A stretch of DNA of 64,000 nt from Haliotis cracherodii (lineage: Eukaryota): assembly GCF_022045235.1 (NCBI RefSeq), contig NW_027266271.1:29264001-29328000 (forward strand). The letters run 5' to 3'. Below are positions 11,771 through 23,345 of this stretch, piece after piece. How positions within the stretch are numbered: the stretch's first letter is position 1; each line of letters begins with the position of its first letter. The position numbers were made by a program, and so were the translations under genes. The notes under the pieces are model-generated. The model saw nothing but the letters and a program-made list of their open reading frames with translations. It ran no database searches and was not told the DNA's origin.

Positions 11771-13635
11771 CACTGATTGAGTACCTAGTTTCCCATGCAG
11801 CATAGAATGGCCACTGATTCTTTTATCCCAGTTTAACTCCTAAGAACGTTAAATGTCAGTGTGTACCAGTGTATATCTAATGTCAGTGCATATCCAAACA
11901 CACTTCCGTGGAACGCTTGACGGGGAGGGCGCTTCAAACAGCAAACTTTACGAAGCAAATATATACACGACTACATACAATTAATAATATTGATTCTATA
12001 AGTTTTACTGCCTACCGCTGTATTCCGTACTACTCAGCTGTAAACATGCCGCGTGCTGCAGGAATAGCATTCCTGCGTTATAATTACTTCACACCTCGTA
12101 CCCACGGCAATAAATAAATTATATCTTGCCTAGATGACATATATCACAATGACCTATAAAAGTCAGATGGTGCAGTTTCCACATATATGGACAACTCCCT
12201 AAAAGCTGAATAATGTAATAAATTATGCTGATAAAAATTGATTTGGGAGGTATTAGTCATGCTGTATGTTATCTCGTGGCGCGACCACTGCAGTGGGGTC
12301 GCTTAGTGCATTGTATGACGCATGTCCCGTTGTCTTGTTCAATCCACGTGGGTTTATAGCCGGGACAGGCTGTGATCTCGGCACTGCACTAAACTGAACT
12401 TTTCTCCTATATGAAAATTCCTTCCGTTAAAAGCTTTTGATGTTGAATTTGCGTCAGAACGCGAGTTAAAACTATACAGTGCTGTGGTGTTGACGGTATC
12501 ACTGTTATACCACTGGCAGGGTTATGTATAGACTAACATCTAGTCTCTGAAATAAACATATTTTACACACAAAAAGCAGTTGTTAATTTATAGTTATAAG
12601 ATATGATAGAAAGGAGCCCAGAGATTTCATTTTCAGAAACTGCAGTGATCTAGACTTGCCAAATATTATCGACTTGCATGGGCTGTATTGGATATAATAG
12701 TAGCAGGCTATGTATGACACACTAGGTCATATAGCAAGCAACAGCATATATGATCAACTCCGACACTTTCCGAGCAAGGGGTCAACTCTGTCACTGTGGC
12801 ACATTAGTACCACGTAACATATTGAGTGATTCTTTGACTTACTGCAAACAATTATTATTATTATAGAAATAACATGTAATACAAGAGCGTGAATCCGTCT
12901 TACTGTTTTGTGTAAACGCGCTGCATTTGAATAATGGTCATCACTTTGTTTATCGTTAATGACGGCATTTTACTCCCTCATCAAGCTGGAGTGCCGTGAT
13001 ACTGTTCAAACCGGCGTTAACTATACGCACTCACTCACTCAATCAGTGTTGCTAATTTAGGTCTCAAATAGAGTGCCAGATAGAATCAATAGGAGTTATG
13101 TCGCCATTACCTTATTTTCCTGAATTATTTATTTTGAAATATATAATCTATTTTTCATAGAATAAGGCAGGTATTCTCCGGACTGTTTTAGTGAGAGTGC
13201 AGTACTGGATAATGTGTTTTTCTTGTCTCACATTCAAAAGGAGAATATTGGTTTTATAAACTAGAATGACCTGTCTACTACCTGAAAATGTTAAGATGCC
13301 CCTTAAAAAGAAACGGTAATGGCTTGGAAAATGTCAATGAGGAAACCGAAGAACAGAACTTCTTTATGACTTAAAGAAAATCGTGCGTGTAATTTACTCA
13401 TAATGGAACTTCTCAAATTATGCCCCAGTAATGGGGAAACGCTGGCGTCAGGTTCCACAGCTCGGGGGGAGTGGTTTGTTTTTGACATTTCTCATCGCTA
13501 GTCTGGCAATTAATGTGATTCAGTGACGCAAGGACTTCTACGATGAGTAATGAACCAGTGCAGGCTGAATAAGTGAGATGGGTTTCACGCCTCTATTAGC
13601 AATATCCCAGCTATATCACGTGTGTGTGTGTGTTT

Positions 13636-13677
<42 letters not shown>

Positions 13678-13694
13678 GGGGAGGGGGGAGGGGG

Positions 13695-14060
13695 CGTCAT
13701 ATAGGTCTAACATCTCCCGTCAGGCCCGTGCCGTCATGTTGGTCTAACACCCCTCCTTGGGCCTCTGCCGTCATGCAGGTCTATAACGTGGTTTCTCTCT
13801 TGGGCCTCTGCCGTCGTGTAGGTCTAACGTGGTCTCTCGGGCCTCTGTCGTCATGTAGGTCTAACGTGGTCTCTTGGGCCTCTGCCGTCATGTAGGTCTA
13901 ACGTGGTCTCTTGGGCCTCTGCCGTCATGTAGGTCTAACGTGGTCTCTTGGGTCACTGTCGTCATGTAGATCTAACGTGGTCTCTTGGGCCTCTACCGTC
14001 ATGTAGGTCTAACGTGGTCTCTCGGGCCTCTGTCGTCATGTAGGTCTAACGTGGTCTCTT
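13695..14060. repeat. Minisatellite, 37 bp unit, ~10 copies, abutting an Mkx splice acceptor
   Basis: Unit catgtaggtctaacgtggtctcttgggcctctgccgt. Confidence 0.92.
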
Positions 14061-14070
14061 CATGTTGCAG

Positions 14071-14128
14071 ATTTCCCAGAGGATGGCGAACTTCCTGCCA
14101 AGAAAAGACGCACAACAGGCGATAACAG
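14071..14128 (+). CDS. Mkx: Mkx short internal exon (58 nt; DFPEDGELPAKKRRTTGDNR, NLS-like PAKKRR)
   Basis: Acceptor catgttgcAG with CTAAC branch point at 14046-14050, donor AG|GTCAGT. Supplies exactly the phase 1 to phase 2 bridge needed between the flanking exons. Confidence 0.78.
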
Positions 14129-14583
14129 GTCAGTGATTTCAATCTTTCCCTTGCGTTGTTCAGTTATATGCTATCGCTGTATAATAATCAGAGAATCAGA
14201 GGAAAACAAGAGGATTATTTTATTTCTTCGAACGTTATCGAAATATATGCTCATCACGTCAGTGTAACATCTAAGCTGTGCCTCGGTACACAGACACCCC
14301 TGATATAACAAGCAGAGAACTGTAATAAAACCTTGTTCGTCAATGCCTGTGTGAGTGGGACATTAATACGTGTCCTTGACTCATTCATCCGGAAATGTGT
14401 TTATTAGCACAACGTCTACAGGAACGATACTATCTGGATTAACGAGGTTTCCGTAGCGGATCCAATGGTTGTGGGACACGTCAAGCTTTCCCCCAACATT
14501 GCTCTAATCGACGGTCATACAACTTAAAGGCGCACTCTCTCGCTCCTTTGTGTTAGGACACTTCGGTCTTTCCTCTCACTTTG

Positions 14584-14844
14584 AAGATCCGGGTTAGAAT
14601 AGGTCTTCAGCAACCCATTCTTGCCTTAAAAGGCGACTATGCTTGTCGTAAGAGACGGGATCGGTTGGTCAGACTCGCTGACTTGGTTGATACATGTCTT
14701 CGTTTCCCAATTGCTTGGATCGATGCTCATGATGTCAATCACTTGATTGTCTGGTCCGGACTTAATTATTTACAGACCGCCGTCATATAGCTGGAATATT
14801 GCTGAGTGTGACGTTAAACAATAAACAAACAAACGAACAAACAG
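14584..14844 (+). mobile_element. SINE family A, near full length, in last Mkx intron
   Basis: Colinear with 984-1256; flanking direct repeat tcactttg. Confidence 0.88.
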
Positions 14845-15282
14845 TCACTTTGCGCTAACAGGCCGCGATATCACAGGCACCTGAAGCTGTGATTGGTCCA
14901 CACTCCAATCATAACTAACGCACATGGTGATATTAACCAATCAGAGTGCTTGACGCGGACATTTTTGTTTACTTCCGTCACCCACAGTCGCGAATGATCC
15001 AATATTTCGATGAAATCACTCGATATAGGTAATAAATTGCAATAAATGAAGGTGTGTGGCATGCAGGGCGTGTGTGTAGGGAGGTAGAGAGGTATTGTGA
15101 ACACGACATGCATACATTTCCATTTAATTTAAACGATAGAGCAGATTTCAACTTCAGCCATGAGAGCGAGTGAAGTACCTCGTCGATATATGTGGGTCCG
15201 GTGTTTCAGTGATATCATCATCCTACTTCAGGGGCCTGTGCCCGATATAACTGGAATATTCACGCTCTCCCCCTTGTTTCAG

Positions 15283-15364
15283 GGAGGACAAGGACATGTA
15301 CTGGAAGACAATAGATGCTGCCCTGGCTCTCACCAACCTGGCCCGCGCGAGTCAGCGTCCCTAG
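15283..15364 (+). CDS. Mkx: Mkx terminal coding exon (EDKDMYWKTIDAALALTNLARASQRP*)
   Basis: Acceptor ctctcccccttgtttcAG; YWKTIDAALALTNLA matches the Mkx C-terminal YWKEINAAMALTNLA motif; TAG at 15362-15364. Missed by the ORF track. Confidence 0.92.
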
Positions 15365-15782
15365 ACGTTTCAGACGCAGATGTTGACAAATGTTGATCAG
15401 TCCTTGATGTCCTTTCATTGTGAAGTCTCTCTCCATGTATAGTGTTAGTTTCACAGTCTCGCCACAAACACGTTCATATTATCGTACAAATGGTCAACTG
15501 CATGTATATTTTGTGCATCGTTCATTCTTATATCTACTTGTTGACTCAGTCGACAACTCCCGAGATTTCACGTGAATTTAAAAAAAGAATTATCTTGCCT
15601 CAGGGGAGAGAACTTGTGATGGTGCAAAGGGAGCGAACTCCTGTTGTCAGTTGTACGCGCCATGATCTGACGGAGTATATATCTTGTTATGATGTATGTA
15701 TGTTGCTCTTGTTTCAAGTGAAACAGTGTGGCCTTGTCTACGGCCAAACTAGGAGAAGTACTGTCCTTTATTTTTGCCAAGC

Positions 15783-15788
15783 AATAAA
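15783..15788 (+). terminator. Candidate Mkx polyadenylation signal
   Basis: AATAAA ~420 nt after the stop, followed by a GT/T-rich tract (tttgtgtgtgttttttt). Confidence 0.5.
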
Positions 15789-15919
15789 CGATTACCTCTA
15801 TTTGTGTGTGTTTTTTTATAAGGCTGTAAACGTCTCTCCTAGCCTTGCTCCAAAGCTGTACTGAATGATAAGTCCATGAGTGTATAATTATTCTATCCTT
15901 GTGGCAACAGGTAACATGT

Positions 15920-16114
15920 TAGCCTTGCTCCAAGGCTGTATTGAAAGATACGTCCATGGATGTGTAGTAATTCTATCCTTCTAATAGGCAAGTCTAGATA
16001 TGTGGACAGTACAAGGATTCCAGTCTCTTATGGGGACAACATTTTCTTAGTAATTTTTATGATCTAGAAATGATTTAAACTTTTAATTATTGCCTTAGAG
16101 ACTTGAACAAGGCT
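15920..16114 (+). mobile_element. ~190-bp MITE-like repeat (family E), preceded by a partial copy at 15840-15900
   Basis: Homologous to 50322-50510 (+) and 59943-60140 (-); imperfect terminal inverted repeats TAGCCTTGCTCCAA / TTGTGCAAGTCTA. Confidence 0.75.
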
Positions 16115-16126
16115 TCATCTGTCCTG

Positions 16127-16293
16127 AGTGAGTGAGTGAGTTTGGTTTTACGCCGCTTTTAGCAATATTCCAACAATATCACGGCGGCGGACACCAGAAA
16201 TGGGCTTCATACATTGTACCCATGTCGGGAATCGAACCCGGGTCTTCGGCGTGACGAGCGAACGCTTTAACCACTAGGCTACCCGATCGCCCC
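16127..16293 (-). mobile_element. tRNA-derived SINE family B, full length
   Basis: A and B boxes, (ACTC)n tail, 12-bp TSD tcatctgtcctg (16115-16126, 16294-16305). Confidence 0.93.
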
Positions 16294-16314
16294 TCATCTG
16301 TCCTGGCACCAGGA

Positions 16315-16445
16315 GGTAGGGTATGATTAAAGCCCAGTGGTTAAAGCGTTCGCTTGTCACATTGAAAGCCCGGGTTGAGATTCCTACATGAGTGCAATAT
16401 GTGAAGCTAATCCCTGGTGTCCAAGCCGGGAGGGACATTTCGGGA
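16315..16445 (+). mobile_element. Degenerate SINE family B, opposite orientation
   Basis: agcccagtggttaaagcgttcgcttgtcac...cccgggttgagattcc resembles the family B head. Confidence 0.7.
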
Positions 16446-17063
16446 AAGCGGAGGGAAGGAAAGCAAAGTGAAGACAATACCAAAGCCCCGGTTGCCATGT
16501 CCCACACGAGTACGACGAGTGAAGCCCATTCTTCTTGTCCTCTGCTGTGATATCGACGGCGACATAAGGGCAGTGGGTTCGATTCCCTAAATGGTTTCAG
16601 ATACTGTTGTTGCGACTGAAGGCACCATTATAAGTCCTATTCACTGACTCCCCGGGATTGAGGAATATCAATACAGCATCTAACGCTGCGGGGATGTGGG
16701 TTTTCATGCCATGAGTAGATAATGGACACATTCAGCCCGCCTTCCATTTATGGAAGATTTCCACTGCACGATATTAAACACAAATATCAAATCATCGAAC
16801 ACTTCACCCTGGAGCTTTAAGTAATTGTGTAACACGAAAGTGTTCTCTCTATGTCAATGCCTGAATCGTGCAAGTTTCGAGCGTAAGATGGCATCGACCT
16901 GTGTGTGGAGTGTGTTGCGGTCACTGCACGTGATGATGCTACCAGTGTGTCACGAAGATGTGGCGAAGCAGCAAACAGGGTGATGTGCCCTTGATGTAGA
17001 GTTTAGTTTACATCAAGTGTGGGCTGCGTGTACTGGAAACTAACATGGCGGGCATGACTGCCC

Positions 17064-18160
17064 TGTCAATCTGTGTGGTATACCAGCACTGTCAATCTGT
17101 GACGTACACAAGTACTGTCAATCGGTGACATATACCAGCACTGTCAATCAGTGACATATACCAGCACTGTCAATCAGTGACATATACAAGCACTGTCAAT
17201 CAGTGACATATACAAGCACTGTCAATCAGTGACATATACAAGCACTGTCAATCAGTGACATATACAAGCACTGCCAATCGGTGACATATAGCAGCACTGT
17301 CAATCAGTGACATATACAAGCACTGCCAATCAGTGACATATAAAAGTACTGTCAATTTGTGACATATACCTGCACTGTCAATTTGTGACATATACACGAA
17401 TTGTCAATTTGTGACATATACCAGCACTGTCAATCAGTGACATATACAAGCACTGTCAATCAGTGACATATACAAGCACTGCCAATCGGTGACATATAGC
17501 AGCACTGCCAATCAGTTACATATAAAAGTACTGTCAGTCAGTGACATATACAAGCACTGTCAGTCAGTGACATATACAAGCACTGTCAATCAGTGACATA
17601 TACCAGTACTCTCACTCTGTGACATATATACCAGGACTCTCACTCTGTGACATATATACCAGGACTCTCACTCTGTGACATATATACCAGTACTCTCACT
17701 CTGTGACATATATACCAGTACTCTCAATCTGTGATATATACCAGTACTCTCACTCTGTGACATATATACCAGTACTCTCAATCTGTGACATATACCAGTA
17801 CTCTCACTCTGTGACATATATACCAGTACTCTCAATCTGTGACATATACCAGTACTCTAAATCTGTGACATATACCAGTACTCTCAATCTGTGACATATA
17901 CCAGTACTCTTAATCTGTGACATATACCAGGACTCTCAATCTGTGACATATACCAGGACTCTCAATCTGTGACATATACCAGGACTCTCAATCTGTGACA
18001 TATACTAGTTCTCTCAATCTGTGACATATACCAGGACTCTCAATCTGTGACATATACCAGTATTCTCAATCTGTGACATATACCAGGACTCTCAATCTGT
18101 GACATATACTAGTTCTCTCAATCTGTGACATATACTAGTTCTCTCAATCTGTGAAATATC
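17064..18160. repeat. Minisatellite, 26-28 bp unit, ~40 copies
   Basis: Unit cactgtcaatcagtgacatatacaag grading into tactctcaatctgtgacatataccag. Confidence 0.95.
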
Positions 18161-18184
18161 TGTATAACACCCAGCTATGGACAA

Positions 18185-18405
18185 TACTGTCAGACACTTG
18201 ATTTTGGCGTTACTGTCTGACATGAAATGATATTGACGTTACTGTCTGACATGTGAAGATATGGAAGTTACTCACTGTCTGACATGTTGTGATATAGACG
18301 TTACTTACTGTCTCGCATGCGATAACGTGGCAGTTACTGTCTGATATGTAATGATATGGAAATTACTCACTGCCTGACACGTGACGATATGGATGTTACT
18401 GCTTT
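18185..18405. repeat. Degenerate ~31-35 bp tandem repeat
   Basis: Recurrent ttactgtctgacatg...gatatgga. Confidence 0.7.
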
Positions 18406-18414
18406 ATGTTGTCA

Positions 18415-19215
18415 CCAAGCTGAGAGAAAAAAAAGGCGAGGAAATTGTTGATTTGCAGAGCAGACCAAGGAGAGACAATTTGCTTTTCTATACTATCAAG
18501 GAAGAAGGAGCTGGAGATAACTGTTTGGATGTCATTCAGACACTCTGCGAACAGAAGCGGACAATTACTGAAACACTAGAAGTCGACCGAGCGAGCACAC
18601 AGAATCGGCAAGCCGATACCGGCCACAGCACGGCCTATAGGGGGACAGTTTCGTAATTATCAACAAAGGAAGATGGTGAGAAAAAGCAGCAAGGAGCTTG
18701 AGGGCACAAACGTAGCTATTGGAGTACAGTTCACTAAAGTTATTCAAGAGCGAAGAAAATTGCTGTTACCTGCATTTAAGAAGGCGAGACGGGAAAACAG
18801 AAAAGCAACATTGGCGAGACATATTGTATATCGAAGGAAAACTTACACAGGCCCTGAATCGCAGGAATGCCTGGAGAATACACATGAAGCAAAGCTGAAG
18901 ATTATCTCATGGGCATTAATGGTGGATTTGAAACAAACAGGAAGGACCCTAGTATCCATACTGTTCCTTGTAACTAGGATGTTATCTTACCATGTGAATG
19001 CTGGATTGAAAACATCTTTCACTTGAATTGTTTTAGGTGTCATGCCATTCCGAGATCAAAACAAAACCAAAACAAGGTGGATGTATTGTTTTACTCGTGA
19101 GAGAAGAGCTCACATCAGTAATAACTTTATGTCAGGTGTCGTATGATACCATGGTCTTGCTGAAATATGATAAATCTATTACAACATGTTAGACGGATAT
19201 ATAATATTATATAGT
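18415..19215 (+). mobile_element. Decayed non-LTR retrotransposon 5' part (L1-type ORF1 and start of APE endonuclease)
   Basis: Frameshifted DLQSRPRRDNLLFY..., RAHRIG..RPI, QFTKVIQERRKLLLPAFKKAR (L1-type ORF1 RRM/CTD pattern), then LKIISW-(G)ING...DVILPCECW, typical of the APE N-terminus. Confidence 0.8.
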
Positions 19216-19239
19216 GCAATGTATGCTCGAGTGACGAAG

Positions 19240-19690
19240 GCAATGTCTCGAGCTTACATTGTTCTCAAGCTGAATCTGGGAGGCAGTGTCGCGAGCTTAC
19301 ATTGTTCCCACGCTGAATCTGGGAGGCAGTGTCGCGAGCTTACATTGTTCCAAAGCTTAATCTGGGAGGCAGTGTCGCGAGCTTACGTTGTTCCCAAGCT
19401 GAATCTGGGAGGCAGTGTCGCGAGCTTACATTGTTCCCACGCTGAATCTGGGAGGCAGTGTCGCGAGCTTACATTGTTCCAAAGCTTAATCTGGGAGGCA
19501 GTGTCGCGAGCTTACATTGTTCCAAAGCTGAATCTGGGAGGCAGTGTCGCGAGCTTACATTGTTCTCAAGCTGAATCTGGGAGGCAGTGTCGCGAGCTTA
19601 CGTTGTTCCCAAGCTGAATCTGGGAGGCAGTGTCGCGAGCTTACATTGTTCTCAAGCTGAATCTGGGAGGCAATGTCGCGAGCTTACATT
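19240..19690. repeat. Minisatellite, 43 bp unit, ~10 copies
   Basis: Unit ggaggcagtgtcgcgagcttacattgttcccaagctgaatctg. Confidence 0.95.
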
Positions 19691-20814
19691 GCACCACACA
19701 GCCCTAATTTTACGACGTGCCATCTCTAAATCTTCAGGTGCGAACCCTCGCGATCTTGACCTTATTAGTGGGAGAAACGATCTTGCAAAGAGGTTTTCCG
19801 TGTTCTTCAACAAAAGTAAGAATAGACTCTCAGTTGACAACGTACAGCCAAGCCTACTTACACCGTGACAAGCGACAGAGACGGCGCCATAACTCCCTGG
19901 GCCTCCGTGCCACTGGGTCAATCAGACTCGTACCATGGACCCAGACTGTACACATGGCACTACCCTCCTTCAGTGAACCAGGCAGGGTAATTGTCACTAG
20001 TCAAACATACCCACGTTAACCGCTCGGTGAGACAATGGCTCCTACTTGCAGGGTGTAACTAGCTGAACCAGATTCAAACCTGAAAACTTTATTCTAAATT
20101 GAAAGAATTACCTGACTATGTAACACATTTTGTTAAAGACTCATTGTCCAATAGACAGACAAGACGTTCTTTTATTAGCATTTTCTAACAAGCTGAAAAG
20201 AAGCTCCGAGAGCTAAAAGTTGCTCTGGTATTTCAGCTTTTTTACGTTTATTTTGTTACACCACGGACCTATATAACAAGTCCGTGGTTACACGAAAAAC
20301 AAATTAACCTCGTTTTTTAAGTCCACAGAACCCTGGTCCGTAAAGCGATCTTAAGACGACCGTAAGAGTCGTACTTTTAAAATATATATGCGACAGTCCT
20401 ACTGCTACAACGATCTTAAGTCCCTTACCTTACATGGGAGAATCGATCCTCCCTTTCACAGTGTAAACACCCAGGTCTAATATTTATAACTCCTGTTCGC
20501 AAGTGACGAGTAGAAAATGCGCCCGTGCGGTCGTACAACATGTCTGATCACCAGCTATTTGCGTGTTTTCTATATATTACCTGTTGGGCACATGTGTCAT
20601 GTTTATCATGTTTCTCGTATTTAGTTCATGTATTGCATCACATGTGCAGTAGGAAGTTTGACGAGCAGTGGGCGTGCACGCTTCCAACATTTAGGCTACG
20701 TTCGCTGTAACATCCATCACTAAAACTTATAAATATAGCTTTCACGTTAAGGTTAGCCGTTCATAGACCCTTGTGTAAAATGATGATAACTTTGAACAGG
20801 AACCAAGATCTGTT

Positions 20815-20930
20815 TATCGCTGCTCATGATGTCAATCACTGGATTGTCTCGTCCAGACCCGATTATTTACAGACCGCCGTCATATAGTTGTAATATTGCT
20901 GAGTGCGGCGTTAAACAACAAACAAACAAA
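20815..20930 (+). mobile_element. SINE family A, 3' fragment
   Basis: gctcatgatgtcaatcactggattgtc...gcggcgttaaacaacaaac. Confidence 0.85.
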
Positions 20931-21271
20931 ATCAAATTTATTTATAGTAGGGCTGATTGTTTGTTTCTTTTGTCGGATGGTAGGAGGAAGATATTAACAA
21001 TATCTATAGATTTTTCCTTTAGGGAAAGTTAAATTTGTAAAGCATGTGGTCCTAATATAAATAATAAAAAATCAAAATACATATTTTGGAAATTTTTTGG
21101 GGTACGTGGCTTTATATGTATAATGGGGAAAGCTAACAGTCATAATAACATAATTGTATTTAATTTGGTAACGGAGCCTATGCAAGGTATATCGCCCTTA
21201 CAGAATGAGACACATGTTCTGAGTACACCTCGACATATGCTACCCCACGTAAAGCTCCTTGGTTGAATGGT

Positions 21272-21595
21272 GAGGTGAGGTAAAATGGGGTTTAACGTCG
21301 CGTCTAAGATTATTGTGTGTGTGTGGCTGCTTGTACTAGTCCGGACTGATGCCGATTTATAGTGCCAGCTCACTAAGATACCATGCCTCAGTTTAACATG
21401 AATACCCCACTCAGACACAGTATACTGACTCCGAGCCGACCAGTCCTTGTTTTATCCCCTTAATGCCGAGCGCCAGACAGGGTAACAACAAGTACCATTT
21501 TTTAACGTCTTTTGGTATGACGCGGTCGAGGATCGAACCCCGGACCTTCCGCTCTCCGGGCGGACGCTCTACCACTAGACCACGGAGGCGGTTCC
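21272..21595 (-). mobile_element. tRNA-derived SINE family C (Meta-domain-like core)
   Basis: A/B boxes on the minus strand; 12-bp TSD tggttgaatggt; homologous to 22991-23345. Confidence 0.9.
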
Positions 21596-21961
21596 TGGTT
21601 GAATGGTTTGAAATGCATACACATGTGATCCGTCAGACAGTTCTTTTTCTATCCCTTGAGTGATTTTTTGCAGATACCCCACTCCAATTTAACACTTTCG
21701 TCACGGATTGTTACATGAAAAGAATAATCACGTTGACGGGGCTTGTAGCATGACGCCTCACGTACTCAGGCCATTGACATGGTACTGAAAGAGGAGCAGA
21801 TCCACAAAACCTTTGTTACATATATACTTTACATGCATAGTTTACATATATACTTTACATATATACTTTACATATATACTCGTACAGATCAGTGAGGGTT
21901 TGCCTGTGTGTGATCATTCCGCGTTTACTTGTGAAAACTTTATCACCCTGAGTGCAGTCCC

Positions 21962-21964
<3 letters not shown>

Positions 21965-22020
<56 letters not shown>
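21965..22020. repeat. (CT)n microsatellite
   Basis: Perfect CT run of ~28 units. Confidence 0.95.
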
Positions 22021-22023
<3 letters not shown>

Positions 22024-22205
22024 GATTGTGGGTTCGAATCCCGGTTCGCCCCGATTATGTTTCAAGGTTTATCAGCACCATACCCCGTGCTCGATGGGTC
22101 TGAGACCTGCATCACTTCGGGCTTTCCTCCCACAGTAAGCTGACACGCCGAGATATAACTGGAATACTGTTAAAAGCGGCGTTAAACCCAACTCACTCAC
22201 TCACT
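22021..22205 (+). mobile_element. SINE family D, 5'-truncated
   Basis: B box GGTTCGAATCC; colinear with 43090-43288. Confidence 0.85.
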
Positions 22206-22990
22206 CTTTCCGGATGAGAAAATACATAATACACTTCTATAATAGCATGTAAACGATAACGCCAGAGTTCACCGAGTTGCTTAGGAGGTCGTTTAGTTGG
22301 AACTAGGTCAGTTACTTCACTTTAATGTGGGAAATAATTTTCGGATAATAAATAGCGATACATTCTTCATTAATCCAAATTTGACCAAAACCTGACGTAT
22401 AATAAAGGCGTAAAAATGAGGCATGCTGCCATGTGTACAAACTGCTCAAGAGTTTAGTAAACTCACTTTAGTTTGACGCTTGTGTGCTTGGATGGTAACG
22501 AAATTCAGAGAACGCGACGTTGTCATTTTCAAGAGCACGGAGTTGTCTAACTTTGCACAGTAAGATGGAACTCTTCTGCTTTAGGAGGGTACAATCACTG
22601 CACATCCATTGACTTTTCTTTCAGTACAGATTTGGAGCAAGGCTAAGTGCATGTGTACTAATCATGGCCATATGGCGCGGTGTGATATCAGTTAACTATT
22701 GATTGATGAAAAGAAACGCCTCTCTTCATACACAGCTGAGCAGACACCCATACATGACAACATGTATGCCTAATTTCAAAGAATTCCTATCAATGTCCTG
22801 CAACTTGATTCCAAGCATAACGTAAGTTTCACCTCGCTAGAGTATATAGTTTTATAACATTCTTACGCTTAGTGCAAATGATAGAGAAACGGTTTTTTCA
22901 TGCCAGCAGTACAAATGGAGTAAGAATTCCATTCCATGCAGCATTTAGTCTTGTTAGCAGTGTCAGTCTTGTAAGTCTTCTAAGCACACT

Positions 22991-23345
22991 GACCGCCTCC
23001 GTGGCCTAATGGTAGAGCGTCCGCCCGGAGAGCGGAAGGCCCGGGGTTCGATCCCCAGCCACGTCATACCAAAAGACGTTAAAAAGATGGTACTTGTTGT
23101 TACCCTGTCTGGCGCTCGGCATTAAGGGGATAAAACAAGGACTGGTCGGCTCGGAGTCAGTATACTGTGTCTGAGTGAGGTATTCATGTTAAACTGCAGC
23201 ATGGTATCTAAGTGTGCTAGCACTATAAATCGGCATCAGTCCGGACCTAGTACAAGCAGCCACACAAACACACACACGTACAAGCACGTCGCTATATAAG
23301 TGCAATAATCTTGGACGCGACGTTAAAACCCCATTTCACCTCACC
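22991..23345 (+). mobile_element. tRNA-derived SINE family C, full length (Meta-domain-like core)
   Basis: A box TGGCCTAATGG, B box GGTTCGATCCC, core gtcataccaaaagacgttaaaaagatggtac...ggcattaaggg resembling the MetaSINE central domain (from memory); 12-bp TSD tctaagcacact. Confidence 0.9.

Noticed and set aside
9483-11805. ORFs of 596-765 aa
   Set aside because: Translations of a 23-bp minisatellite, open in all three frames and lying inside an Mkx intron.
19862-20079. Possible minus-strand exon (ttttcAG ... GTAAGT)
   Set aside because: Stops in all three frames; could only be non-coding and has no other support.
22991-23065. tRNA genes at the heads of families B, C and D
   Set aside because: A/B boxes are present but continue into SINE bodies with tails and TSDs; no intact cloverleaf is evident.
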